Shown here in pieces: positions 50,484 through 62,991 of a stretch of 64,000 nucleotides of DNA. The notes beneath the pieces are model-generated. The model did no database searches. It was given only the letters and a program-made list of their open reading frames with translations, and was not told the DNA's origin. Source of the DNA: Octopus sinensis (lineage: Eukaryota); contig NC_043012.1 of NCBI RefSeq assembly GCF_006345805.1, forward strand, positions 34,224,001 through 34,288,000. Reading direction: 5' to 3'. Numbering within the stretch: position 1 is the first letter of the stretch; each line of letters starts with the position of its first letter. The translations under genes and the position numbers were made by a program.

Positions 50484-50515
50484 TCTCTATATATATAAAT
50501 GGCAAAATGTGTGTG

Positions 50516-50559
<44 letters not shown>

Positions 50560-50882
50560 TTTATACAAATCCACAGTTTTTCAGTTAGAGGGCTCGCACT
50601 TTCTATGGTCATTCAAAACCGTCCAAGGGTGGTCGTGCACATCTTTACATTTCCCCAGTCATCCTGCAAAGCCATTAAAAAATCAATAGAAGTGACTTTT
50701 TTGAGAATTTTCTATCCAAAACCCAATCAAAATGCCCGAAACTTGATACGCCAATTGAATGCCAGCTAGCTGTATGTGATTGGTCGGAGATTTGGACAGT
50801 ACTTGCGTGTATGTGTGCATGCACGCAGCTGTATATGCATGCACTAGCACTATGACCTGGCGTTGCAGGCTCATAGTGCTAG
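50484..50882 (+). mobile_element. Non-autonomous Helitron
   Basis: 5' TC, 3' hairpin ending CTAG, inserted between A and T, no TSD, internal (TG)n. Confidence 0.8.
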
Positions 50883-51446
50883 TATGGATTAAATAGCAGA
50901 ATGTAGTCCATGCAGTGAGGAGTGAGTGCAATATTTGGTAGGAGACCCTCATCAGCAATGACATGGGTAACAAACCATATTTGAACTCAACATCTGCTGG
51001 ACAGGAATTTTTTTTTGTGTTGAAGCCTTGTTGTTGTTTTACTTAAGCAAACCACTTTTTTGGCAATTGGCACGTCTTGCTTTGTTGCCAAAGAAAGCAA
51101 GAAAAAAGCTTCTAATATGTGCTGTACTTTTATATTCTCAATTATTAGAATTATAAAAGAAATATTTGTTTTTGAAGAAGGATTGGAAGAAATGTCAGTG
51201 AAAAAAAATACAAACAAAATGGTTTGAGTGGGGGCGGCAGGGGAGAGGACAATACAAAAATGGAATACAAAACAAAAAGAAAGAAAAAAAACCCTATTAA
51301 GTGGTCCTTTTTGCCATGAAATAAATCCTTTTATAAACAAAATGATGGAAAGATGTGTCGACAGAAGGTGAAATGATTAATAATTACAGCTTAATTGAAA
51401 AACGTCAATAAAACAGTCATGTTGTTACTTTTTCTTATTATAACTC

Positions 51447-51464
51447 CATTATTATTATTATTAC

Positions 51465-51503
<39 letters not shown>

Positions 51504-52056
51504 TATTATTATTGTTGTTGTTGTTGTTGTTGTTGTTTTTGTTGTTTTTTTATTATGTTGAGATTCTTGCCTACAACTTCTTTCTGTCTTTTTCTCCCAT
51601 GTCTTTCGAACCACCCCCACTTTCTACATACGCACACACCCACACATACACTTATAGCACTGACCAACAGTGGTAGCAGCAACAGCAACAACAACAATAA
51701 CAATAGCAGCAGCAGCATTAACATAATCATTCCACTCATCATAATTGTTATCATTATTATTGTCATCATCATCATCATCATCACCATGATGTTATCAATG
51801 ATCACATGATGATGATGATAATGATGATGATGATGATGATGATGATGATATCAGTCAAAAAGGCTTGACATGAATAGACACACATATGTATGTGTGCATG
51901 AAGTGTGTACCTATATATATATATATACGTGTGTATGTGTATGTGTGTATACATATATTTATACACACATATACACAAATATAAATATATATATATGTAT
52001 ATAAGTATACACACACATATATATACATATATAAGTATATTTATATATATATATAT
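51447..52056. repeat. Trinucleotide (ATT/GTT/CAA/CAT/GAT) and TA/CA repeats directly upstream of the DNase start
   Basis: Direct inspection. Confidence 0.9.
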
Positions 52057-52124
52057 CTTATCAAACTGCTGATCTCGGTGCTGAGTACGTTCACAAGTGA
52101 AGTATTAATTATTCCTCGTTAATC

Positions 52125-52268
52125 ATGAGGAGGATCGTGTTGTTAGCTTTCTTGGCCCTCTTTGGCCTTCAACAGACCGTTTCCTCTCTTAAAATCGGTT
52201 CATTTAACATACAAGCTTTTGGTTTAAAGAAACTGGGCAATGACACCATCATGACAGTCATCAAGAAA
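52125..52268 (+). CDS. DNASE1: DNase I-like exon 1 (signal peptide plus N-terminus)
   Basis: MRRIVLLAFLALFGLQQTVSS-LKIGSFNIQAFGLKKLGNDTIMTVIKK|gtaagc. Confidence 0.93.
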
Positions 52269-55131
52269 GTAAGCAGTTTTGCTTTTCTAACTTCTTTTGG
52301 ACTTTTTGCATAATTCTCATTGATTTTTCTGCTTTTTAAACTATTTTTGTAAGTCTAAACCATAGTTTTTTTGCTGTCCAGCCGGGTCAAGCTTGGCATT
52401 GAGTAAATGAATGATTAGTGACCATTTCATGGTTTTCTCCCAGGAATGGAATAACTAGGACTGCATTATCTAATGTGTCCCTTGGAAAAAAAAAAAGATG
52501 GTAGGGTGTGATTTGAGGGTGATTTGACTGCTATGTCTAGCAGTTCCAATAACACTACAGAGGCTCCTAAGCCAGTTTGTTAGAATCTTTGTTGTTATTG
52601 TCTTCCTTAGACTCCTCCAACAGGTTGAGGTGAAGCTGATCAAAGGCTTTCTAGCCATGACCATCTCATCTCGGATTTGAGAGAGAGAGTTGAGCTTGAT
52701 ATTTCTAGCAGAACAAATAACCACAAAGTTTGTGTCTTTGATTTTTATTTCTCTGCAGAAGTTGTTGCTGTTTAACCCAAGGACAATCTTTTGCCGTACA
52801 GATTGCACACTTACATTTGGCCAATAGACCTATTTTTCAGACATAATGTACCTATAAGTTAACTCCTTTATGTAATGTGTCCTGTTTCCCTAAAGCTAGA
52901 AACATAGGATTTCAGGGATATTTGACTGCTATTTCTATTTCCCAAGCTGAAATTATGATATAGAAACACTCACTCTGCTTCAGGCCATGGAAATCAAACA
53001 AAAACTTAAACAATCTTCTACAATTTTATCCATGATACTTATCAAATAAGTGGGGGTATATACATTTGCTAGGTGGATTGATAGCTTATTTCAGCTTTAA
53101 GGAATGAAAATTCCTTAAATTGAAAAACGTCAATAAAATAGTCATGTTGTTACTTTTTCTTATTATAACTCCATTATCATTATCATCATCATTATTATTA
53201 TTATTATTATAAATTGTTATTATTATTCAGTGGGACTGAACCTAGAACTATGTGGTTCATAAGCAAGCTACTTACCACACAGCCACTCCTGGTATGTAAG
53301 TATTATAATTGGTGTCTATCTGTTATAATTAGTGTTCATGTGTTAAAAGAGAGAAAGACATAGTGTTTGGTTGCTGAAACGGATGTTAGTCAGGGATGTG
53401 TCCTGTCTCCAGTCCTCTTCAGTTTTGTCAATTGAGAATGACACAAGCTGACTTGGAACAATAACAGGATGTATAATAATTTATTATTATTATTTTTTAT
53501 TATGTAAATGGGAGATGGGCCTTAATATATTTAAGACTTACATAGTGGGCTACAAACCCTATAGCTAAGACAGATGTAGTGGGCCTCAGCAACCCACTGT
53601 GAGAACTGGTGTCAGGTTAGGTAAGGTATAGGACCATGCACTGTTCCAGCACATCACTGCATCCACCATTTGTTGGCATTTGCTCGCTTCTTCCAAGGCA
53701 ATTCCCAGAGTAGTGTCCTAGTCAGTTCTCATCTCTGTGAGATACTTTCTCATCTGCCATGACCCTATGACATGTGGTCAACCAGCGCAAGCCATCAGCC
53801 TAAGTGGTTCCTCAGAGAAGTAAACATGATACACAGGATCTAACTCAGAAAATTGAGCAACATAACAGTCTGAGCTGATGCTCCCAAATCATACAAGCAA
53901 CAGGATATATCCCTGTTATTAATTGGATACGAAATCCGACCAAGGGTAACCCATAATCCTGCAAAACATCCTGATACCAAAAGAGTTCAGGCAGCTCCCA
54001 AGGGAATCACACAGTGTCCAAATCTCACAAGATAGGGAGGACCAAAGACCCGAACACCTGAACCTTTGACCTCCTGCTCAGATGTTGGCAGCATCAAACA
54101 TCTTAGCCCAGGGATTCCACAACTGCACCAGCACCTCCAAGTCATATACATCCTGTTATTGTTCCAAGTCAGCTTGTGTCATTCTCAATTGACAAAACTG
54201 AAGAGGACTGGAGACAGGACACATCCCTGACTAACATCCGTTTCAGCAACCAAACACTATGTCTTTCTCTCTTTTAACACATGCACACTAATTATAACAG
54301 ATAGACACCAATTATAATACTTACATACCGATTATAGCTTTTATGTATAGGCGTGGCTGTGTGGTAAGTAGCTTGCTTACTAACCACATGGTTCCGGGTT
54401 CAGTCCCACTGCGTGGCACCTTGGGTAAGTGTCTTCTACTATACCCTTGGGTTGACCAAAGCTTTGTGAGTGGATTTGGTAGACGGAAACTGAAAGAAGC
54501 CCGTCGTATATATGTATATATGTATATGCGCGTGTATATGTTTGTGTGTCTGTGTTTGTCCCCCCAACATCGCTTGACAACCGATGCTGGTGTGCTTACA
54601 TCTCCATAACTTAGCGGTTCGGCAAAAGAAACCGATAGAATAAGTACTAGGCTTACAAAGAATAAGTCCTGGGGTCGATTTGCTCGACTAAAGGCGGTGC
54701 TCCAGCATGGCCACAGTCACATGACTGAAACAAGTAAAAGAGTAAAGAGTATTATGCTTACTAAATTTTTCAGCTGTTCTATAACTTCTGATGATATTCC
54801 CCAAATGTATTTATTCTGTGAAAAACTTTCTGTAGTTGAAAGTGTTCATCTCTCTGCTTGGAATCTGGATTGTTGTTCTCTTAGAATTATGTCAACTGTT
54901 CTGTTTAAAGCAGTCACCGAAAACATTTTGTCGGTCACCACAAGCAGAAAGAGTTCCTCTCCAGTTTCTTTTATTTGTGTTGATAGGTTTTACAGTCAGG
55001 GTTGGTTAAAAAAAAAATTCAACAACAATGATGTGTGCACACACACACAGACACACACACACACACACACACACAGACACACACACACACACACACACAG
55101 ACACACACACACAGAGACACACACACACAGA

Positions 55132-55171
<40 letters not shown>

Positions 55172-57888
55172 AGTGCACACACACACACACACACACACAC
55201 GCACAAACAAGATCTTATCTCTACAGCTGTAATGAATGTATCCTGTCAACATGAAGAATAGTCATTAAATGTATTTTCGTCTTTTGACATTTTCAGATCA
55301 TCAAACGATATGACATTGTGTTGCTGCAGGAAATCAGAGATTCTTCCCAACAATTACTTCCTTCTTTAATTGCCAAACTGAATTAGTAAGTCAAATTAAT
55401 GATTAAATACGGAGGTTTACATTTATTGTACTTTAAACTCTGCCAGATCAAGATTGAAGCCTGGTGTAGCCATCTGGTTCGCCAGCTCTCAGTCATTCGT
55501 CCAACCCATGCTAGCATGGAAAGCGGACGTTAAACGATGATGATGATGATGATGAATTTGTTAGTGATGGGATTGTTGATTGCAGGTTTCCAACAGACAA
55601 ATCATTGGTTTACTATTTAACAAACTTTGAAAGACGGCTTGAAAGATGGCAAGCTGGCAGAATTGTTAGCATGCCGGGCGCAATGCTTAGCGGTATTTCG
55701 TCTGCCGTTACATTCTGAGTTCAAATTCCGCTGAGGTCGAATTTGCCTTTCATCCTTTCGGAGTCGATGAATAAAGTATCAGTTACGCACTGGAGTCTAT
55801 GTAATCGACTTAAACCCTTTGTCTGTCCTTGTTTGTCCCCTCTGTGTGTAGCCCCTTGTGGGCAATAAAGAAGCATATTTAAACAAACTTTACTGAGTTT
55901 CAGACACACTTAAATGATGGTATTTTCACAGATGTTTATATCATCATCATCACCACCACCACCACCACCACCACCATCATCATCATCGTTTAACGTCCGT
56001 TTTCCATGCTAGCATGGGTTGGACGATTTTGAATGAGGGCTGGCGAACCAGATGGCTGCACCAGGCTCCAATCTTGATCTGGCAGTGTTTCTACAGCTGG
56101 ATGCCCTTCCTAACGCCAACCACTCCGAGAGTGCAGTGGGTGCTCTTTGCTGAGAATAAGTTTGTATTTTGCATGCATGTCTTTGACAAGGTCCTCATGA
56201 TGGTGTCCCTCACAATGGAAATTGAGGTGATTGACACAATTCTGAAGGAATGTTAAGCAGTGACATTAGCAAAGATTAATCTGGACAAGTAGGTTGGTAT
56301 CTGAAGAAACAAGTCCATGTTGTTGTGTCGTGAGGCACTGGAAAGTAAAGTTTCTTAGGGTCTGATTTGGTCCAGATTTCTATTGATAGTGTCACTTGGG
56401 TGTTGTGTGTTGTTGCTGGCTGTTGTTGTCTCTGGTTGAGTTGGTGAATGAGAATATGTTCCTTGGGCTGTATGTAGAAGTGACCCAACAACACTCACAA
56501 ACATTTAACAGAAGAATTTTATTATCGCACATAAAGACAAACTGTATTGGCTTTTTACAGATATCAACAACAATAATTACACACTGGGAGAAAGATACAG
56601 CTTGCGTTTACGGTAAGCTGTTGATATGGCAACATGTGGCTAGCTCCACTGAACTGGAAACAATTGTGCTATAACCATGGCACTGGAGGTTCCTGTTATC
56701 TATCTGCACCATCTCTCTTAGCTACCTTCCTGGGTTTTCTGGCTGTAAAAATGTGTGATGTCTGGTGTAGCAAAAATGTAGACACATCATTCAGCTGTCT
56801 CAGTATTCTGCAATTAATTATTGCCAAAAGCAGCCAGTATAAGAAGAAGAAGATTCTAGAAAATTAAATCATGCCACAGTTTGATACTGATTGGTTGCTT
56901 AATTGACCAATCATGTGAAACTGTTGTGTTTTGGTCATGATGTCTAACCAGTTGCCTAGTGGTTTGGTTTCAAATAGCCACTACAATAGCAACTAAGATG
57001 AAGTTACAAGCAGAGTGGTTAATCTCATACAGAAAGGAATCAAAAGGAAGCCATCCCTGAAAGGAAGCTGGGCAGAAGTGGGGACTGCAAGTATCCCTTC
57101 TGTCATATATCATTGTTTGATTGTTGTGACTTACCCTAATTTTTATCTGCACTTTGACTTCTTGTAGAAAGGACTTGTTCTACTTGTCTGGCAGTCCATT
57201 GCTGTCAACATCTTCTGCATGGAGTGCTTGATACACTGTGGTTGTTGATGTGCTGGCATGTGCTGATGTGGCATACACCTACTAAGGGTTCCTTAGTGGC
57301 AAGTGAATGTGGTCCTTCTTTGTCAGGCATTTTATCTACAACTAATCACTGGATGGAATTGCAGTCCTGGGTCAAGTGAAAAATAAGATGGATGGCTGGA
57401 ATGTTACTGAATGTTCACAGCCCTTTACCAGTTGGGCAATGCAAGAGGATCTTGCAGATTAAAATTGTTGCCTTGACTGGCTTCTGTGCCAGTGGCACAT
57501 GACCTGCTGTGCTTGAGGAGACCTATTGAGTCAAGTACATCAACATCAAAATAAATATCAAATGGTTATTGTAGTTGTGATGCCTGTGCCGGTGGCATGT
57601 AAAAAGCACCATCCAAACATGGCCGATGCCAGCGCTGCCTTGACTGGCTTCTGTGCCAGTGGCACGTAAAAAGCACCAACTGATCATGGCCACTGCCAGC
57701 CTCCTCTGGTACCTGTACCGGTGGCACATAAAAAGCACCCACTATACTCATGAAGAGGTTGGTGTTAGGAAGGGCATCCAGCTGTAGAAACACTGCCAGA
57801 TCAGACTGGAGCCTGGTGCAGCCTCCTGGCTTCCCAGACCCTGGTCAAACCGTCCAACCCATGCTAGCATGGAAAATGGACGTTAAAC

Positions 57889-57919
<31 letters not shown>

Positions 57920-60900
57920 GGATTAGTGGTGGGGAAGAGTGAAGATGTCTTTGGAAGAATGCTGGGAACTGATTAAAATTTTCTGGTTACTCTTTTCTGG
58001 AGAACTTGTGGCCTGGAGCCTCTGGATGACTTCTAGAAATCCTTGCTCTGGCTTTCAATCCATGCCAAACTGTATTGACCCAGATATGCTGTTTGGAAGA
58101 CCTGTCTGAAATGAGTGCAGAGTGATGAAACCATTCTGCATGCACTTGGTCAGTGTCCAGTGGAATTTTGTTGAATAGTTGCTGCTGCATGTTGGACAGA
58201 TTTGGCTATTAGCTGAGTCCATCATGAAGACTGTCTGCCATCTTCCTCTATCTGGGAAGGGTGGACAGTCTTTATCTGTTTGATGGCAATGGTATCTCTA
58301 GTTGGCTGTGTCTTGTATTTAAGGTGGTGAGCTGACAGAATTGTCAGTAGTTGGGCAAAAGGATTAGCAGCATTTGGTCTGTTTTACATTCAAAGTTTAA
58401 ATTCCACCAGAGTTGATTGTACCTTTCATCTTTTTGGAGTTGATAAAATAAGTACCAGTTGAGTATTGGGGTCGATGTATTTGACTTATCCATTCCCTTG
58501 AAATTGCTGGCCTTGTGCCTAGATTTGAAACCAGTTTATAAACATATTAAGGCAGCAAGTGGATGGAATCATTAGCAGACCAGGAAAAATGCTTAGCAGC
58601 ATTTTGTCCATCCTCAGATTCTGAGTTCAAATTCTGCCAAGGTCAACTTTGCTTTTCATCTTTTCAGGATCGATAAAATAAGTATCAGTTGATCACTGGG
58701 GTCAGTGTGATCAATTTACTCCCTCTTCCCAAATTGTTGGCCTCGTGCTAAAATTTGAAAAATTATATATGAAAATATATTTGAAAAATATATTGAAAAA
58801 TTATATTTGAAAAATTTGATAAATTATATTTAAGGTGGCAAACTGGAAGAATTGTTAGCATGCTGGGCAAAATACTCAACAGCATTTCATCTACCTGTAC
58901 ATTCTGAGTTCAAATTCTGCTGAGGTTGACTTTACCTTTCATCATTTCAGGGTCAATAAAAAAAGTACTTGTTGAGGGCTGGGGTTGATGTACTTGACTT
59001 TCCCCCTGCCCCCAAATTTTTATAAATATGCTTTATTTTTCCAAATTTTAGTCGCAGCAGCATCAGGTATCAGTTTGCTGTTAGTGAAATTGTTGGCCGA
59101 AATGTTTATAAGGAACAGTATGCTTTCCTTTACAGGTTGGTAGTTATTTTAACTGTTCTTGTTATTTAACCCCAGGTCAGCTCTGACTGAGAAGACTTAT
59201 GATTAAAGACATTCTAAATGTGATCATCTCATTTTGTTTTCATGCATTGTGTGCCTTAGGCTGCATTATCGGGTGTAGTTGTGTAGTTTAAAGAAGATTT
59301 GGCCGCTTCTTCTAGCAGAGATTATATAAATGTGTGTGTGTGTGTGTGTGTGTGTTGCGAGGGGTATTTGAGGACACTAAATTATCAGTATATTACTCTC
59401 TTCAAACCAATTAAAAGGTTTATTTCTTTCAGATTTCCCATGACAGATAAAATGCTAACACAGGAAATAAAAATACATAAAGTCATTGATGTCAAATGTG
59501 CGAAACGTCGATGTTTAGAAATTGCCAACTTTCAAAATACTGCAAGATCTTAAAATTTGGAGCGGATTGGAGGCCCGTGGCGAGAATATTTCAACCGTAT
59601 CAAAGAGAAAAAACAACACTCTTCAAAACAAAAACAAACAGCAAAAAGCAAAAACAAAATATTCTCTAAAATATATTAACGTTTTACTGTCAACCTTACT
59701 GCAACAAGTACATAGATGTGAAGCTATGCTCCGCCAAGGAAGTCTAATAAAATCAAAACAGACACGGAGTTGTCTCCCATGCTTGCCAGAATAATTAAAA
59801 TAACATTAGTCATTGATTAATGTTTATTTTTCTTCTCAAATGAACAGTTATTTCCAATGGAATATTTAATGGTCTCAGTGTTAATTTACCTGTTAACTAA
59901 TGGTCTTGGCATAAATTTACCAATTAACTTCTAATCGTACTCTGCTTGGCTTATATTTCATGTTTCAACAGTTCAGAAAGACGTATAGGTAAAACACAAC
60001 AAACACAGTAATTAAAAAGAATATACTAATTAACCAGTGCCTAGCTGACACTAAGTAGACTCATGGTTAAAGATGTTCCAGTTGTGACTACACTTTTGTA
60101 CTTGTTTTACAGACAGCGTATCCAGGACTACATTATCCTCTTTCTTTACTACCCACAAGGGACTAAAACACAGAGAGGACAAGCAAGGACAGACAAACAG
60201 ATTAAGTCGATTATATCGACCCCAGTGCGTTAATGGTACTTATTTAATCGAACCCGAAAGGATGAAAGGCAAAGTCGACCTCGGCGGAATTTGAACTCAA
60301 AGCATTTCGCCCGGCGCGCTAACGCTTCTGCCAGCTCGCCGCCTACATTATCCAATCTGTTGTTCTTATTGAAGATGAGATTTAAGATCTGTTTGGTTGT
60401 TATTTCTAGAACGTCAGACAAGTACGTAGAGGCTGTCTCGTTGGCTCAAGAGAGCATGCATTTACCACGATTGATGGGAAGGATTCCAAAATGCTGAAAT
60501 ACGTATAGTTCTTTGTGTCTCTGAGGGCAGACATCATTTTCATAGTTGACTGTCCTTAAATATCAAACACTGTATATTTTAGTCGTGTTGCAAACTGCTG
60601 CCTTTTGCATTGGCTCCAGACCCAGTTTTTCAGATATTTTAACAAGATGACTTCGTGGCCATCAGCCATCAGATTAAAAGATATGAAGGCGGAGTTCTCT
60701 TAAAAGGCCGATACTTTAGTAAATAAGAATTAAGAAAAAAATATTACAGTGGAATGAAAAATTTGCTGTGGTATGCTGTGTGGCTGAGGATTTCACTTTA
60801 CGATTACAGGTTTTCTGGATCGTCTTCTATCATGGCCTTAGACTGAACAAAACCTTTTAAGTAGAACTAGCACTATGACCCAGCAACGCCGGATCATAGT

Positions 60901-62991
60901 GCTAGTGCATGTATATACAGCTGTGTGCGTGCGCACATACACGCGAGTACTGTCCAAATCTCCGACCAATCACATACAGCTAGCTGGCATTCAATTGGCG
61001 TATCAAGTTTCGGGCATTTTGATTGGGTTTTGGATAGAAAATTCACAGAAAAGTCACTTCTATTGATTTTAATGGCTTTGCGGGGTGACTGGGGAAATGT
61101 AAAGATGTGCACGACCACCCTTGGACGGTTTTGAATGACCATAGAAAGTGCGAGCCCTCTAACTGAAAAATAGTGGATTTGTCTAAAGGATACACACACA
61201 CACACAGGCAGGCAGACATTTTGCCGTTTATATATATAGAGATTTAGTAGACAGAGACCGTTTGAAAATCAGTCGGTACAACCATTCTAGTTTCTGGTGG
61301 TCGACGTAATTCGTAGCTCGGCTTAACTCCACTTTCTAGTCTGTGGTTACCTGTAGTGGAGTCCACTCTGTTGGAAGCATTCTGACCAAGTATGAAGATA
61401 ACTCTCTCCCCTTTCACCAGTCAAGGGGTCACTTCCTTCTACTATTCTTCTACAAAGAAGAGCTAAAATTTGCATAGTGAAGAGTAGGTACAAAGGGTCC
61501 AGACGATAATAACTGATATCGATCCCAATTAAATGATGATGACAAAATCTACATTGGTAGAATTTAGATTCAGAACGTGGAGCTGTTAAAACCAAATACT
61601 TCATTGTTGGCCAACAAGCGAACGTCTGTGTGAACTTCTGATCGTACTCTGCTTGGCTTATATTTCATTTGTCCAGAAAGACGTACAGGTAAGACACAAC
61701 AAGCACAGTAATTAAAAAGAATATACTAATTAACCAGTGTCTAGCTGACACTAAGTAGACTTATGATTAAAGATGTTCCAGTTGTGACTGGACTTGCTAG
61801 AAAATAGCGACTAAATTTCCTCCAAAAGAAAATTCACCATCTTAAAAAAGGGAACCACTGGATAATGTTTTCCTGGATACACTATATCCGAAAAATTTAA
61901 AAAAAAGACGAGATGGTCATGGTTAGAAAGTATTTCATAATAGGTCTGGGATTAAACAGCAAATACTATAGTCTTCAACACATCCGTTTCGATGCTTCCA
62001 TGCTCACAGATCTAAAATCTTTTAGAAAAATTTCCTCTTTCATCTTTTTTTCCAGAACAAATGGAAAGGTCAAATTGTTAAATAATTATACGTACAATGA
62101 CGGCAAAGAAGAAAATAAAAACGATCTTTTCTCTCGTGAACCATTCGTCGCACACTTTGAAGTTCCTTGTTCAAGTAGGTTTCTGGTCACAATTCATTGC
62201 ATTTCTTTATTTATCAAAAATATTGTAACCTTCCCAAATGACATCAAACATTATAAACATTTCATTTTTATTCCTTTCATTATTCATAAAACATTACAAA
62301 CAATTCATTTTATTCCTTTGACTTGCCCGCCCCCACGAACCTTGTGCCAAAATTCGAAACTTATATCATGGTTATGTTTGTTTTCAATTCTTATATCGTG
62401 GCACTCCGTCGGTTGCGACGACGAGGGTTCCAGTTGATCCGATCAACGGAACAGCTTGCTCGTGAAATTAACGTGCAAGTGGCTGAGCACTCCACAGACA
62501 CGTGTACCCTTAACGTAGTCCTCGGGGGAGATTCAGCGTGACACAGAGTGTGTGACAAAGCTGGACCCTTTGAAATAAAGGTACAACAGAAACAGGAAGA
62601 AAGAGTGAGAGAAATACAGGAAGAAAGATGCGATCGTTTAAAAACCTTTGGAGGCGTTGCTCCAGTCTAATGATTGAGAGCAGCAAAACTAATGAAAGAA
62701 AACATTTATTTATTTATTTACAGAATTCAAAAAGTTCACCTTGGTTGGGGTTCATATTAGTCCTGACGAAGCTGTTGAAGAGATAAAGTTACTGGAGAAA
62801 GTTCACGATAGTGTGACCAGAAAGTTCCGCACCAGCAACGTTATTATCATGGGTGACATGAATGCTGATTGTGGTTATTTCCGCGAATCTAAATGGCAAG
62901 AAGTACCGATGCGCCGAAGTTCGGCCTACTCGTGGCCCATTTGTGACGATGTTGACACTACAGTTAAAGGGACACATTGCGCTTATGACAG
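52125..62991 (+). CDS. DNASE1: Secreted deoxyribonuclease I-family enzyme (DNASE1/DNASE1L3-like); 3'-partial spliced CDS join(52125-52268,55297-55385,59052-59135,62056-62174,62724-62991)
   Basis: Signal peptide then LKIGSFNIQAFG; YDIVLLQEIRD; GRNVYKEQYAFLYR; FSREPF; catalytic His in VGVHISP; IMGDMNADC; DTTV..THCAYDR. All borders are GT-AG and phases agree. The SDHYPV exon is not in the window. Confidence 0.93.
53291..54329. repeat. 185-bp inverted duplication
   Basis: 53291-53475 is the reverse complement of 54145-54329 with one mismatch. Confidence 0.95.
53600..54260 (-). mobile_element. Highly decayed LINE RT relic
   Basis: VSQGCVLSPVLF-like motif on the minus strand; GC-richer than flanks. 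Confidence 0.5.
54349..54750 (+). mobile_element. tRNA-derived SINE, family C (5'-truncated copy at ~18800-19057)
   Basis: A box TGGCTGTGTGG, B box GGTTCAGTCCC, A-rich GTAAAAGA tail. Confidence 0.82.
55037..55204. repeat. (CA)n/(CAGA) microsatellite
   Basis: Direct inspection. Confidence 0.95.
55297..55385 (+). CDS. DNASE1: DNase I-like exon 2 (89 bp)
   Basis: tttcag|IIKRYDIVLLQEIRDSSQQLLPSLIAKLN|gtaagt. Confidence 0.93.
55650..55873 (+). mobile_element. SINE family A
   Basis: Full-length match to the other copies. Confidence 0.85.
57470..57918 (+). mobile_element. Family B retroelement (long copy)
   Basis: Three GTGGCAYRTAAAAAGCACC repeats, GTTAGGAAGGGCATCCAGCTGTAGAAA, (GAT)n tail. Confidence 0.82.
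58322..59015 (+). mobile_element. Three head-to-tail older family-A-like SINEs
   Basis: Units start near 58322, 58550 and 58832. Confidence 0.75.
59052..59135 (+). CDS. DNASE1: DNase I-like exon 3 (84 bp)
   Basis: ttttag|RSSIRYQFAVSEIVGRNVYKEQYAFLY|gttggt; in-frame alternative CAG acceptors lie 6 and 9 nt downstream. Confidence 0.9.
60139..60342 (-). mobile_element. SINE family A with 11-bp TSD
   Basis: TSD CTACATTATCC at 60128-60138 and 60343-60353. Confidence 0.9.
60867..61242 (-). mobile_element. Non-autonomous Helitron copy (DNase intron 3)
   Basis: Same family and termini. Confidence 0.8.
62056..62174 (+). CDS. DNASE1: DNase I-like exon 4 (119 bp)
   Basis: ttccag|TNGKVKLLNNYTYNDGKEENKNDLFSREPFVAHFEVPCS|gtaggt. 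Confidence 0.93.
62724..62991 (+). CDS. DNASE1: DNase I-like exon 5 (268 bp)
   Basis: ttacag|FKKFTLVGVHISPDEAVEEI...IMGDMNADCGY...DVDTTVKGTHCAYD|gtaagt. Confidence 0.95.

Noticed and set aside
51395-52014. Poly-Leu/Ile/Asn ORFs resembling membrane or low-complexity proteins
   Set aside because: Trinucleotide microsatellites with no splice or homology support.
57590-57745. Spaced ~20-bp repeats resembling a CRISPR array
   Set aside because: Internal repeats of a dispersed eukaryotic retroelement; the same spacers recur in other copies and there are no cas genes.
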